64,000 nucleotides of DNA, from contig NGBS01000305.1 of the NCBI GenBank assembly GCA_002245135.1, positions 1-64,000 of the forward strand. The letters are read 5' to 3'. Position numbers and translations under genes: made by a program. The notes below the pieces were generated by a model, which worked only from the letters and a program-made list of their open reading frames with translations, was not told the DNA's origin and made no database searches. Below are positions 25,569 through 40,237 of the stretch, in pieces (the first letter of the stretch is position 1; every line of letters starts with the position of its first letter). The stretch is from Proteromonas lacertae. Its lineage: Eukaryota.

Positions 25569-25642
25569 ATAATCTAATAATATACAAAATCTATAATAAT
25601 AAGTATAATTTAATATATTATATTTATTTATTTATAACTAAA

Positions 25643-26467
25643 TTAAGTAAAAAAGTAAATGCACATTAGCACCAAAGCTACTACAAGCAATACACACAAC
25701 ATTCCGATTGAACAGTTATTTTTTGCTCCTAACATCTTCTGTAAACGTCCCATTGCTCCATCTACTTTATTCTGTGCTATATCAACATGATCATCTAAAT
25801 CGTCCAATAGATTATCTTGTTCCTTTAAAGCGTCTTGAATTGTTGTACCAATTGCATCTAAATGGTCTACAGTATCTCCTAGCATTGATAGTTGTACATC
25901 TTGTTCTTTTACTATTTGTGATTGTACTGTTGCTTGCTCGTTGATTGCATCATCATTATCCCTTTCAGCTTGTTTCATACGAGCTGCTCTTGCACCTCCT
26001 GATTTGTTCATTGCTTTTCTGGCATCTGCTTTGATTTTGTTTTGTATTTTAGGACTGTCATATGTGGTTTTTATTTCACGAACATCACTTGAAAATTTTT
26101 GTATTGCTGCATTTCTTTTGTTCAATTCAGGCTATAAATATGAGTAATTCATAACTTCACTATACTTTTGATATTTTAAATTTATCAGGGTTTGATTGAA
26201 CTTCTGTCATAATACTTTCTAACAAACCGAGTTGCTTTCCTACTGCTTTTATTTCTTTTCTTAAATCTAAAACAATTGAATTGGGGAATTATACTGTTAT
26301 TTAATGTATTGAATTTTTTATTTTCAGCTGTGTTTTGATTATCAACAATATCCTTCCAACTCTCATAGTTTTTCTTTAGAGATCTTAACTTGCCTTCAAA
26401 CTCCCTATGTAATAGATTATCAAAAACTATACTCTTTGGCTAAATAAAATGGATCTTGTGCATCCAT
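25643..26467 (-). CDS. Syntaxin-6-like Qc-SNARE
   Basis: N-terminal DPFY; SNARE heptads EQDVQL...EQDNLLDDLD; C-terminal TM helix. Confidence 0.88.
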
Positions 26468-26564
26468 ATTCCTCACAAAACTATAGATTTAAAAAAACAA
26501 AAAGATCTCTTTGAATATCAAAACATTGACAGATAACTATAGAAATTACATGTAATAATTACAT

Positions 26565-29500
26565 ATGTCTCGATTTTTAGGAAGGGGTATATAGATTTAA
26601 ATTCTAATTGTATTAGATTATGTAAAATATGAAAATCAGCAGTTTGTGCCCTTTAAATTCAAAGAAAGAAGACATCATCTTGATACAACTATATACAATA
26701 GTGATGAAATTAGTATTATGATGAACGAAGATCAGACAGACCAAATTTTGAAATTTATCAACAGAATAACTTATTCAAAAGTAGGTGAAAATGAAAAAGC
26801 TTCGTATATTCTAAGTCAAATATAAAATGGTATAGATTACTGGAAGATTGTTTTATTAAAATATTTCATTTAGCTCAATTAAATTTTGAATATCTTGATT
26901 ATCAGCGAAGAAAAATAAAACACAAAATAAAAGACTTTCAGCCACAAATAGATAATGTATATATCAGTAATATAAATTTAATAAATAGAAATTAGATCAA
27001 ATCAACAACAAACTCCAAGTTCTTCATGATAATGCTAAAGATATAATAGACAAGAGAAGGTATTATCGTCAATACAGAACCACTCTTCGTATCTATGAAG
27101 CACTCTTAAGATCAACTCCAATAGTTAACTGTGAAGCAGCCAGAATCTGTTCAATATGTCATAAAGCATTTATGTCTGAAAAGTATTTAAGAATTCATCA
27201 CACAAATAAACACTCCAATTTACCATATCCATCAGATGAATATATACCAATCCCTCCATCAGAAGGAAATGTTACTGGATTAATGGAAAGAAAAGATGAT
27301 GAATTAGAAGAAGAAATTAGAGCAACAAGTAAACTAGATTATCCAAAAGAAGAAAAGAAGAATGAAATAAAAGAAGAAAATGAAGAAGAAAGAGAAGATC
27401 CTTATAAAGAACAACTCAATCAATTAATGGAAATGAATCAACAAACTCAATCACAAATAAAGAAATTAATTGAATGTAAAAATCAAGCATTAGAATGGAG
27501 TGGATTACAACATGAAATGCCTGTTCCAAAGGAGTATGGAGATGAAATACAACAATTACAAAATACAATAAGTGCATTAGAGAACAGAATGAAACAAATG
27601 AAAGAGAAGAAATTGAAATTAGCAGAAGCTTTGCCAATTGTTGTTCAACCACTTCCACCACCTCCACCAACTATTATTTATAAAGAAAAGCCAAAGGAAA
27701 AGAAGGAAAAAACTCCATCACAATCATCATCATCATCTTCTTCAGAAGAAGAAGAAAAAGAAAAAGAAAAAGATCCAACTCCACCACCCGAAGTTAAGCC
27801 TCTTCAACTACCAAAACCAAAACCAAAACCAAAACCAAAACCAAAACCAAAACCAAAAGTTGAAAATGGTCCAAAGTTAAAAGAAAATCAATTCTTCTTA
27901 ATATTTGATATTCCATCTTCTTTAAAGCCAAAATCAATACCATCTCCCTGTATTTATAAATTATCTAGAGATAAGAAAGTGTGGGAAGTTATACTACAAA
28001 TACAAACCGATTTTAATATTCAAAATGATCAAAAAAGTTCAAACGCAAGATTCTTTTCACTGGTAGTAGATATGGGAAATGAAAAAGATATTCCATTAAA
28101 TCCACTGTCAACACTTGAAGAAACACCACTTTATACACACAATATCAGAACATTGAAGTTTAAACATAATTATAAGAAATCTTATCCTGAAGCACCGAAA
28201 CAGTTGAGTTATAGAGATTATACGAGAGAAGTAGATGATGAAGAATTTAGTGAATATATGTCAAGTGTTGTATATAATAAAGAAGATATTAAAGAGCCAG
28301 TATCTCCACCTGTTGATGGTATTAAGAAATCAATTAGAGATGAGTTATTACAGAGATTAAAAGATGATCAAGATATATCTGATAGTGAATTAAATAGCTT
28401 GTCTGTTGGTACAGAAACAATTGTATATATTTATTATTTATAATTTATATTTATGAATAGATGGCTTCTGAAAGTTCAAATGAATTTGGTATATTATTTC
28501 ATTTATAATACTTTTTATAGAATCATTTGTTCAATTTTCACCACAAATTACTCCTCCTTTTAATCCAATACAAGATGATGGACCTCCTGTTGTAGATAAA
28601 CTTAGTTTAGATAAATCATCATCATCATCATCATCCAAAAAGTTCATCTGTATTGAAAAGTAGTAGTAACAGCAGCAGTGAAGGAACTCCATCACCATTA
28701 GTTACTCCTAAGAAAGTTAAGAATGAAGAGAATAATTCTAGAGAATTAATGACAAAAAATAATGATTTAAGAACAAAAAATAATAATGACAAGCCAAATG
28801 AATTACCAGATGCTAATTCTAGAGAATCAAAGAATGAACCTCCTGCAGTAGTTTCTAGAGAATCAAAGAAAGAAAAACCAAAAAAAGAAGAAAAGGAAGA
28901 ATTACCAACTGCAGAATCAATTGAACCAAAGACTAACAATAATAAGTCAAGAAAACCTCCTCCATCTCCAGAACCATATTCATCTTCCCATAGAAAAGAA
29001 CGTAATAGATCATCTTCAAGAGATACACCATTGCTACACAAACGACAATCATCTGAATCATCTTTACCTCCTCCAGAAAAACCAAATGATGAATCAAAGA
29101 AAATACAACGAAATACATCTGATGGTGATTTTGATAAGTATAAATCCGAAGATATCAGTGTAATAAAAACACAAAATCAAGGAAAAAGGCATTTAATAGA
29201 TAATAATAATGAAGCACCTCCGCCACAACCATCTTCTCCATCAGGTGATAGTAATTCATTCAGTGTTGCAATAAAAGGAAATATTGAAGAAATCAATAAA
29301 CAACAGAATATAGCAAGAAAGCATTTAGTTGGTGATGATGATGTAGATGATGATGATGATGTTGATGTTGATGATAATAACACATTAAAGGGAAATATTG
29401 AAGAAATCAATCAGAATTTGAGTAGCGGTAGAAGAGAAGGAAAAGAAGATTTTATTGAAAGTTTTAGTCAACCGCCACCATCTTCACAATCACAACAACA

Positions 29501-29700
29501 ACAACAACAACAGGAACCTCCACCAACTGTAAGTGAGAGTAAATATGTTACTCCTCCAATGTGTATAATTTAATTATCACTGGTTTTATTTTTTTATAGC
29601 ACCAGCAAGAAATCCATTGGCTGATAATTCTCCACCTTCTGGAGGTGATATCTCAGAGTTTTCAGATGATGACAATGATATTACAAATAATATTATTTAA
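26565..29700 (+). CDS. DZIP1/Iguana-like protein (DZIP N-terminal domain, C2H2 finger, coiled coil, low-complexity tail)
   Basis: Spliced N-terminus FKFKERRHHLD...INRITYSKV...FIKIFHLAQLNFEYL, then CSICHKAFMSEKYLRIHHTNKH. Confidence 0.72.
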
Positions 29701-29786
29701 ACAAATATTAACTGTATTTAAATATATTAATATTATAAGTTCTGAATAAACATGAAGTATAGAAAACCAAAATTATAAAATTATTC

Positions 29787-30712
29787 TTAATTCTTCTCAA
29801 AAAACTCAATTGTTCTTTTATACTCTTCTAAAGCACCAATATCAAATCTTCCATTGATCTATTCACAATAAACAGTAAATAAATACAATTAAAACATGAA
29901 AAATAACACCTTCAGAATTAATCATCCACGAAACCATCTTACCTGGAGCATCCTTCTCCTCTAATGGTCTATCCTTCATAACAGTCATAAAATCATTAAA
30001 ATAATGAATATCTTTCGCTCTAAATAAATATACAGCTGGTGAAGCAATTCTTGAAGTAGTTTCTGATTCTTTTGGTTTTTCAAAGAAATGAATTGGATTA
30101 TTCAATTCATTTATTTCTAAAATACCATATCTTGAAGATGGTACACCTTCTGCTAATTCATAACCTATTAAACCAGATACTGTTAATGGTGTTGCTGAAA
30201 TAAACTTCGATAAAGAAAAATCAGAAAAAAATATTGTATCAGCTGGAATAATCAATATATCTCTGTTTTCCATTGATTTTGGGAAGTTTCTAATACATAA
30301 ACAAAGATCACCAATAGCTCCAAATCTATCTTCATTCTTAACGGTGTGATCTGATAAAATATGATCAATTGGGAAAGAGTGAGCTTCTGCCCATAATTTG
30401 AATTTATCGTAACTATCATATATGTGAATAATCAAATATACAATAAATCATTTGTTACAACAATAGTTTCTTCTATTTGTTTTTCTTCTTCGATTTGTTT
30501 AATCCAATAATTTAACAATGGCTCTCCTTTTATTGGCAATAATGCTTTTGGAACACCCTATATTGTTCATCAAATACTAAGGTATACAATTAAATGTTTA
30601 AAATCTCCACTCACATCATTTTTAATATCTTTTTCTAATCTAGTTCCATAACCTAAAAATATTTAGCATGTAAAAATATACCAGCAGCAAGTATTATAGC
30701 TAAATAAGGCAT
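29787..30712 (-). CDS. Sugar-phosphate nucleotidyltransferase
   Basis: AIILAAGYGTRL, PKALLPI, FFEKP, RFDIG. Confidence 0.85.
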
Positions 30713-30760
30713 TTATAACAACCTAGGCTTGAATGTCAGTTTGAGATTCAGAAATAAAAA

Positions 30761-32640
30761 ATGAATAAAAATGACAAGGCTAGTTTACCAAATCCCAATG
30801 ACACATATAAAGCTGATGTATGATTGATATATTAATACATTGAATGTAGTTAGAGAAGAAACTTCAAACAGTTCAAGAATTACTTCACTTTGTTGATGCT
30901 ATTGTATGGTCAAACCCTCCTAAAACTGATATTGATGATGGAACACCAAAAGATAACATCCAAATAGATTTCCCGCCAATTGGTGTTTCTCTTTCTCAGT
31001 CGCAACTGAAAGAATCCTGTTACTTTATGAGAGTTATAGATGATAAAAGAAGAAAGAGATTTACTATAAATTCAAATGGTGAAAAAGTAGCATACAAAAG
31101 AACATATGATCAATCTCAGACAAATCCATCCACAACTAGGAAAAAGAGAGGTAGACCACGAGTATAGTAACATATCTACAATCCAATAGATCCATTCAAA
31201 AGAGGAAATAATTCCTCCACCACTCGTTTTATCAAATGTTTTAAATGTAATGATCAAAGAAATATTAAATCATATAACCACCAGTAGAATTCATATGAGA
31301 AAACTAGGCGAAGATATTTATAGAGATTATATTAAACCATTAGGAGTACTACCACCAGAGACTGTAATTTGTTATGATTATGTATTTAATATATTATATA
31401 AATTGAATTTAATCAATATTAATGAAATTCCAAAACCATCAACTGCTATGAATTCTACATTATTAGATGAATCAGTATATATAATTTATTTTTATTATTT
31501 TTATTACATTTTAAATAGTTAAAACAGTTAGTTCGAGATGGAAATATACAAGCACTTCGTCAACTACCTGTCAATTTGTACAATCAATCAATGTCATATA
31601 TTTACTTACAATCAAGTGAATGGAAAATGAATTCTTCATCTTACACTGTAGGAAATATGATTGGATCATCATCTTTATCATCTTCAGTTGGTGGTAATAA
31701 TGGAATAAATGGAGGTAATGGTAATTATAGTGATATTTCATTATCCAATGACCAAACGAAGTTATTAATGGCAAATGAGAAGATAGCAATGGCTGGGAAT
31801 TTATTATCTACTGGAGCATGGATCTATAGAGAAAGCACACTGTATTTATATAATAATAATAATATTTGTTTAGATTAGATTGGAGTTATAGTGATGTAAG
31901 GCAATGGGATGTAGTTCCAGAAGCACCTCATCGTAATGTTATAGTCAATTATAATGTTGGATTATTCGTATCAAGGAACATTGAAAAGAAAACAATTCAT
32001 TATAATCATTTTCATACATTAATTGCATTTTATACTTATCAATTCAAAGATCCATTGGTATTATTGTTATTAGAGCAAATATTAGAATCATGTTTAAAAG
32101 ATATATGGAATGTAACAATCACTGATGATTCAAGCAATTTTCAAATCTCTGAAATGAAAACTCCAAGAATTACTCCTTCACAAATATCGATGCCTTTAAA
32201 TATAAGTATTAATTTATTATAATATATATATATATATTGATATAGAACCAAATAATAATTTGCTGGATTGTTTTATTGAAGATTTTAATCAAGATGGAAT
32301 GAGAAATTATAAACCAATTCAACAACAACAACAACAACAACAACCTTTACCACTTCAACAACAACAAAATCAACAACTTCATCCTATACAACCGCAACCA
32401 CAGCAGCAGCAACAACAACAAATGCAACAGCAAATACAATTTTTACCACTTCCAATACCGCAACAACCAGTTGAGTCAAAATCTCCACAATTAGTATTAC
32501 CAATGCAAAATGTATTACAACAATCACCACCACCACTACAGACACAACAGATTAAAGATGATATACAACAAAATGACATAATAAAATCATTTAACGACTA
32601 TTCATCTTCATCAATGTCAATATCACTTCCACCACCATAA
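30761..32640 (+). CDS. Hypothetical multi-exon protein with poly-Gln C-terminus
   Basis: Consecutive + ORF segments separated by short GT-AG introns; Q-rich tail. No family recognised. Confidence 0.6.
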
Positions 32641-32730
32641 GTAACATATTTATATGTAATGTATATGATTTATAGAATTGTTTTTGTTGTGATTTAATAA
32701 TAAAATAAACAATTGAAAATAAAACGAAAA

Positions 32731-34028
32731 TTAATATGAAAAAATACTACCAAATGAATTAGCAGTATAAATAAAATCACTATTATTCATAGAATAAGCA
32801 AAACTACCAACAATTGGATCATAACTTGAAGTTGAATACATTTTATATGGTTTATATTCACTGTTATATTGAACAACAACTCCATTTGAAAATGACAATA
32901 GCAATTCATTATTATTTAAACAACTAGAAGTACAATAACCATGAAGAGTATGTAAATGATATATTTCATTATTTCCAACAATATCATATATTATTATTTC
33001 ACCATTTTCTAAAGTAATACATAACGAACTATTATGATGATTATAACAAACACTTGTTATTGAAGATTCAAATGATTTATTGAATATTGATTCTTTATTT
33101 GTTCTTTTATCAAATGTAAAACATTTTCCATTCTCACAACCAATAGAAAATACTTCTCTATTATAAAAACAGAAATAAAAAAAATATATAAAAATACTCT
33201 GAATGAATAGTATTACAATTAACACTTGTTTGCGGTATTCCATTTTCTAATACAGAAGTATCAATTGTATTAACAGCTTGGCCAGTACCACAGTTCCACA
33301 TTTTAACTAATCCATCTCTTGCAGTACTTATCACTTCTTTACCAATTCCAATTATTCCACTACTTAATATTCCTCCTTTATGACCTGTTAATGTTCTTGC
33401 GATTTTAGCTGATAAATTACTTATATGCAACTAAATATAAATATATGTATTTTTAATTATTATATTAGTAAATATACTGTAAAATCAGATGAACCTGTTA
33501 AAATGACTTTATTACTTGGGAAAAAGTGAATTGTATTGATTGAACTAAAATGATGATCTTTGAAAACTAAAGGAGGATTTATTGCTTTTGGATTTGATAA
33601 AAATAGTGTTCCATCACCATCACCCCATGATATACACTCATTATCAGATGATAAAGCAATTGAACAGATCTATTGTGATTAATTCAATAATTTAAACTAT
33701 ACTTTGGGATTTCCTGATGTTGTTGTTTTATATTCCGATTTTGGAGAAAATATTGATAGATGACTATCATTTGAAGTAAAATCACAATGTAATTCTTTGT
33801 TTGTCTATAATTTGAGAATAAAGATGAATACTCCATAAAAATGTATTTTTGGATGTGTATTATCATCAGTATTACCATCTCGAAATAACAACTTGTATTC
33901 TTTTTCACTTGTTGTTGAATTTTCTAAAAATAAATATAAGATTTAATACCATTTATTGGAACTGTTAATGCGCATAATTCACAACAATACCATTGTGGTG
34001 GAATCTCAACAGGAATAGAAAAATTCAT
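32731..34028 (-). CDS. WD40 protein, PAAF1/Rpn14-like proteasome assembly chaperone
   Basis: HFFPSNKVILTGSSD...TLTGHKGGI..IIGIGKEVISTARDGLVKMWNCG resembles the PAAF1/Rpn14 WD repeats. Confidence 0.72.
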
Positions 34029-34088
34029 TTCAGAATAATAAATATATATCCGTTTCAAATAGAAGAAAGATAGTTTTGTTTATTTAGG

Positions 34089-35342
34089 ATGGCTGATAAC
34101 GGGAATAGACAAATGGCTGCCATGAAACAGAAGTATGGAGAGCTGAAGACGAAAGTATTACATTGTTATTTAAAACAATTAGTATCAACATGCTATTCAA
34201 GCTATTCAACAGAAAGATCAGATTATTTCTGATTTAAATATGAAGTATTTATTTTAAAGATAATTATTTTATATAGAATGATGTTTGCTGATAGTGAAAA
34301 ACTACAATTACAGAACGCTTTGAAAGCAAGAGACAATGATAGAAATTTATCTTTAGTAAATGAAAATATGAGCTATCAAGAACTATCAGAGACAAAGAAA
34401 CAATATGATGAATTATTAGCCAAATATAATCAATCTCAACAAGAATCTTCTGATTTAAAGAAGAGATTAGATGATAATGTAAACTCAGTAATGCCAAGTT
34501 TAAAACAAAATCTTCGAGATACTCGTATACAACTGGGAAAAAGTGGTTCAACAATAAAACAACTGAAAGGAGAGATAAACAATTTAAAATATCAAATCAG
34601 TGAATTAGAACATGCTTTATCTGATGCTCAATGGAAATTGGCTTCGCTTCAACAAAACGAAGAAAAAAGTCAAGAGAAAGACAGTGTAATTGAAAAACTA
34701 ACCAAAGAATTAGAATCAACAAACGTATTTATTCATCTTTATATTGAATAGTTTAATTTGAAGAAAGAACAAGAGAATAATAAAAAGATAAAGAATAGTA
34801 TTACAAGTATCTTATATCTTATGTATATATATATAGATATTGATGAATTATTAAAGTATAACTCACCCTTAACGAAATTCATCAATCAATTATCTGAATA
34901 TGTAAAAACATATGATAAAACATATACTGAATTCATATCAAAGAAGAATAAAATACTTGAAGATATCACTAATACTCCAATTCCTAAACCAACACCAATA
35001 CCTCCAGTAGTTTTAACACCTTCAAAACCACCAACTACACAAGCAACAACAACAACAACAACATTATCAGCTAATATCTCTTCTTCTGATAATGCATCTG
35101 AAACTGGAGATGATAAGAAAGAACATAAACATAAACACCACCACCATCATCATCACCATCATAAAGAATCTGAAAGTCCAACACCTCCTCCTGTTCCTTC
35201 AATTCCACCACCAACTGATGAGAATAATGATGATGATAATAAAACAAGACCTCCACCTCCTCCTAAACGAACCAATTTACCTCCTCCTCCTCCTAGAAGA
35301 TCAACTCCCAATGCAACTCCTCCACCACCAAGAAGAGAGTGA
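34089..35342 (+). CDS. Coiled-coil protein with poly-His and poly-Pro C-terminus
   Basis: Heptad-rich exons followed by an H-run and PPPPP motifs; spliced. Confidence 0.65.
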
Positions 35343-35504
35343 TAGTAATATGATGAATATACTTTTATCAAATTTACTTTTAAAATGATTATGTAAATTA
35401 TTGTGTTTGTAGTTTAAATATTTTAATACACTTAGGATTTTAAATAATTGAAGAATATACACATCAAATCCCATCAAAACAAGAAAAATATGAAAAAAGT
35501 GACA

Positions 35505-36940
35505 TTAGAACTCATCTTTAGAAGCTAATTTAGATATAGCACCAGCCATTTTAAACATATCGATCTTCTTCTTCTTAAATATCTTCTCTAATACCTCATC
35601 ACACAATATTTCTTTTCTATTCGATGGATTCTGTAAATCATGTTCATGAATATATCCCCATAGTTTCTTCATAATATCTCCTCTCGAGCTTCGAGCTTTA
35701 TTCATAAATTCACTCAACTGAGGTTTTAAATACAAACCACATTCTCCTCTTTCTAATTTTTCTTTATATTCTTCAGCTTTTCTTTTCCTTTCATTGATTA
35801 CAGACTATTATAATATAGTAAAAAAAAAAGAGTATATAATTATATACAGGCAATGGTACTCCATCAGCATCTACGTTTTTACTATTAAACATGTTATTCT
35901 TAACTATCTGTTTCCATTTATATTGACTTATTTTCTTTTTATCATCACCACCTAAAATTCCACATTCATTTCCCATTTTTATTAACTCATCATTTAATAA
36001 TATTTCATTCTTATTCACACGAAGATTATTTCTTTCTAAATAATTATCTAATCTTTCATATAAATCCTCTGGAACAATAGATCTTATTCCAATTATATCT
36101 GTTAATTGATTTGATAAATAAACTAAATTTGTCAATTTCTTTGTTTTTTTGGAGGATGTTGATTTGGTTGATTCTCTTTTTCTTTTACTTGGCATTTCTC
36201 GATCACTTTCATTTAAATTTTCATCATCATTATCTTCTTCTTCTTCTGATGTATCTAATTCTTTATCTACATTTTTAGGTTTAGTTTTTTTAGTTGTCTT
36301 TTTGGTTGATGTTGATTTTTTCTTTTTTGGTTTTTCTTCTTCTTCCTCCTCTTCATCATCATCATCATCATCATCTTCTACTTTAACTTCTTCTTTCTTT
36401 GGTTTTTCTTTTTTCACTTTCTCTTTTTTAGTTGATCTTTTTGAACCTTTATCATCACCATCTACTACTTTTTCATTATATTGAATTATTAATCTTTTTA
36501 TTAATTTCTTTCTATTGTCTAATCTATATATATATAAAAATTAATAATTCATTAATTATTATTATATACTTCACTTTGAAATGATCTTCCAACATTTCTC
36601 TCACTTTACTTGGTAAAATCTCATCCCCTGTATAATTATCTAATATTCGGTTGATTTCTTCTTCAATTTGTTTATCAGTTATTTCTTGAACCTATGTTTT
36701 ACTATGAAAAAATGCAAATTATACTTCTTCATCAGGTTCTGAAATCACTTTTTCTATTAATTGCTTAATGTCTTTTTTTCTATCAACTAGACTATTTAAT
36801 ATAACGAAAATAATCAAATACTCAATTTTGAATTGCTTTTCAAGTATTAGTCTTACGTCTTTTGGTGTAATACCATTAGAAGCAGGATCTGCTAAGATTT
36901 CCTTTATTTTTTCTTTCAAATCATCGTCTGATACTGACAT
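35505..36940 (-). CDS. DEK-C / SWIB-MDM2 domain protein (UAF30/Tri1-like)
   Basis: N-terminal DEK_C-like IKEILAD..TPKDVRLILE; C-terminal SWIB SRGDIMKKLWGYIHEHDLQNPSNRKEILCD. Confidence 0.82.
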
Positions 36941-37024
36941 ATTTAGAAAAATAATTTTTGAATATTTTCAAGCTTTTGACTCGAACTTAGAAATCTTTTT
37001 CTTTATTCATCGATTTCTAACGAT

Positions 37025-40000
37025 ATGTCCATTTCTGAGACTGTAGAATATAAATACTATGTCTCCACATCAATACCGTTGAAGATACAAGTATAGATAT
37101 ATCTGTTATTCTGATTATGAATAGTTAAAACCAGTGGTAATGGAGATTCCACTTTGTACTGAATCAGATCGTTTAAGTGATTATTATGTAAATATCCAAT
37201 TAGCTTATGACAATGTTCCAGTATATGCTGTTTCAAAGAGGTATTGTTTAATCAAATATAATATTTTATATAGTGTAAGAATGCATTTAGATAGTGAAGG
37301 TATAATTAGTCAAGATGAAACAATCGTATTACCAATTAAATATCGAGATTTACTAAAAGGAACTACTTTGGTATATATATTATATTATAATATCAATTAA
37401 AATAGTTATTGGATATATATAGAAACAATAGTGAAATAGTAGCACATGGAATCTTACCTTTATTCGATGATCACAGTAAACTACGTACTGGCTATATTAA
37501 AGTCAGATTACTACCACATAGATGTATATACAAACCAATATTAATATAAATAGATCCTGATTTAAACAAGTGTGTAATAACAAATGATCCATATGAATGT
37601 GTCAGAATAGCCCAAGACTCCTTTGAAAGTCGTCCAATGAACCAAAGTGCGACTTGGCTCGACACAATCGTCAGTAAACGACTACACACTCTAATCGATG
37701 AAGAAAGAAAATATTCAAGTGAAATGATTAAAACTCTAAGTGATTTGAGTGATATTGATCCATTAATCAGTCGTAAAGAGGATATGAGTATAACTATTCA
37801 ATTCCCATCATTCCCGTATCCAGTAATATTTGAAGAACCAACTTATGGTGATACAATAGTAACTAAACATTTAGGTAATGGATGGATTGAATATAAAGAT
37901 ATTAGAAGTGATAGAAATATTTATATGAATCCAAAAACCAACGATATACAGAATATATATCCAGAAACTGCATTTAAAAGTGAAAGTGATTTAACAGGTG
38001 CAATTATACCAAATAATAGTGAAAACAATAATAATATAAATACAACAACAAAATATTATAATGAGAATTTATTTATAATCAATGATCCAACAGTTGAAGA
38101 GAATAATCCAGCTGAAAAAAGAGCACATAAAGTAGCTAGAGGTAAATTGAGTCAAAATTCATCTACAGATAAGAATTTAAAACCAAATTTGAAGGAAAAA
38201 ACTGAATTGATGAATATAATAAATAACCCCAAAAGTAGAAAGGATTTGAAAGAAGAAGAGCAATTATTGATATGGAAATTTCGTTATTATTTAATTGATT
38301 ATAAGAAAGGACTAGAAAAATTCCTTTATTGCGTTGATTTTAATGATGAAAATGAAGTAAAAGAAGCAATTAGTTTATTGTATCAATGGAGATTTGTAGA
38401 TATAGACGATGCTTTAGTTTTACTAACAGATGAATTTAGGAATGAAATAATAAGAGAATATGCAATAAAAATCATAGAAAAATCATCTGATGAACAGTTA
38501 TTATGGTTTTTATTACAATTAGTTCAAGCTTTAAGATACGAGCCAAACCTTCAAGGTGATAGATTACCTCGTAATATTGAAGATTATAAAATTGAATTAT
38601 GTCCAACACCACTTGGTAAATTTTTAATCACACGAAGTAGTCAATCTTTAGAAATTGCTAATTATTTCCACTGGTATTTGATGGTAGCAATGGAAGATAA
38701 GAAATATAGTGAATTATATGAATATATCCATTCATTATTTTTAAAGACATTAGATGAAACTGATATAGGACGATCTATTAATAGCAGTTTAATGTTACAA
38801 CAGGAGTTTGTAGGAAAACTGTTTTCATTAGCTTTAAAACTACAAGAAAGTGGTGGAAAAGCTGCTAAAAAGACACCAAAATTGATAGAATTAATGGAAA
38901 CTGAGATAGATTTAAACTATCCTAAAGGTGTGTGCTTTCCATTATTACCAAGTTTATATGTAACAGGTGTTAATACAAAAACTGCAAAAGTATTTAAAAG
39001 TGCATTAAGTCCATTTTCATTACACTTTTTAGTTGATTCTAATAGATTACCAGTTGATTTAGGATTGAGTTATTTCAGTGATAACAGTAAAGAAACTGAT
39101 AAATGTTGTGATTGTGAAATGAAATTCAATTTTTGTATGTGCACAAAATGTAAAATATGTGATAAAATAGTAATGATTACAGATAGACATCATTGTAGAT
39201 TATGTGGTTGTACATTATGTGATGATCATTTTAATAAAGAAAAAAAGATATGTAGTGATATAGAAGTTTGTTATATATTTAGAAAACCATCATTTCCAGT
39301 GATGGTGAAACTAGGAGATGATGTAAGACAAGATCAATTGGTTATACAAATGATTACATTAATAGACCAATTATTAAAGAATGTAAACTTAAATCTACAC
39401 TTAACACCATATCGTGTAATAGCAATAAATAGTAATGAAGGCTTGTTAGAGTTTGTTAGACATAGTCAACCTGTTAGTTCAATTGAAAACTTCCAAACTC
39501 ATTTGAGGAAGTATAATCCTGATCCAAATGGTGAATTTGGAATTAGTCCAAAAGCGATGGATGTTTATATCAGAAGTTGTGCTGGTTATTGTGTTATTAA
39601 TTACCTATTATCTATTGGTGATCGACATTTAGATAATATCATGTTATGTGAAGATGGACATCTCTTTCATATTGATTTTGGTTATGTATTTGGTCATGAT
39701 CCTAAAATGAAGAATCCTGTAGCTATGAGATTGACAAAAGAAATGATAGAAGGTATGGGTGGTGCTACAAGTAATAATTATAATAATTTCAAAAGATTTT
39801 GCAGTCAAGCCTTTTTGGAATTGAGAAAGAGAGCTACGTTGTTGATCAACTTGTTGAGATTGATGCTGGATGCTGGAGTTCATGATTTAACTCCAACTTC
39901 CTTGAGAAAGATCGAAGATAGATTTAGACTAGACTTGTCAGAGGAGGATGCTGAAAGTTTAATCTATGGAATAATTGATGAAAGTGTAAATGCTATATTA

Positions 40001-40051
40001 CCTGGCGTTTTAGAAGCATTCCATGCTTTAGTAAGAGATGTAGCTCGATAA
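37025..40051 (+). CDS. VPS34: Class III phosphatidylinositol 3-kinase with an internal FYVE-like insertion
   Basis: LIWKFRYYL, LLQLVQALRYE, ANYFHWYL, FKSALSP, GDDVRQDQL, SCAGYCVINYLLSIGDRHLDN, FHIDFG. 5' C2-region exons start at 37025. Confidence 0.93.
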
Positions 40052-40237
40052 GTCTTATAATAGTAGTTTAAATATTATTCTATGATTTATTTTGCATTAC
40101 TAAATTTTTGAAATTTTTAAAATGGTAAAAATGATGAAAAATAAAAATTTCAAAATTTTGAGTAAGTAAAGTTATTACTCAAATCTATTTGTTTATCAAA
40201 GAAGTCAAAAACCACTAAACATTTACTATTATCAAAA

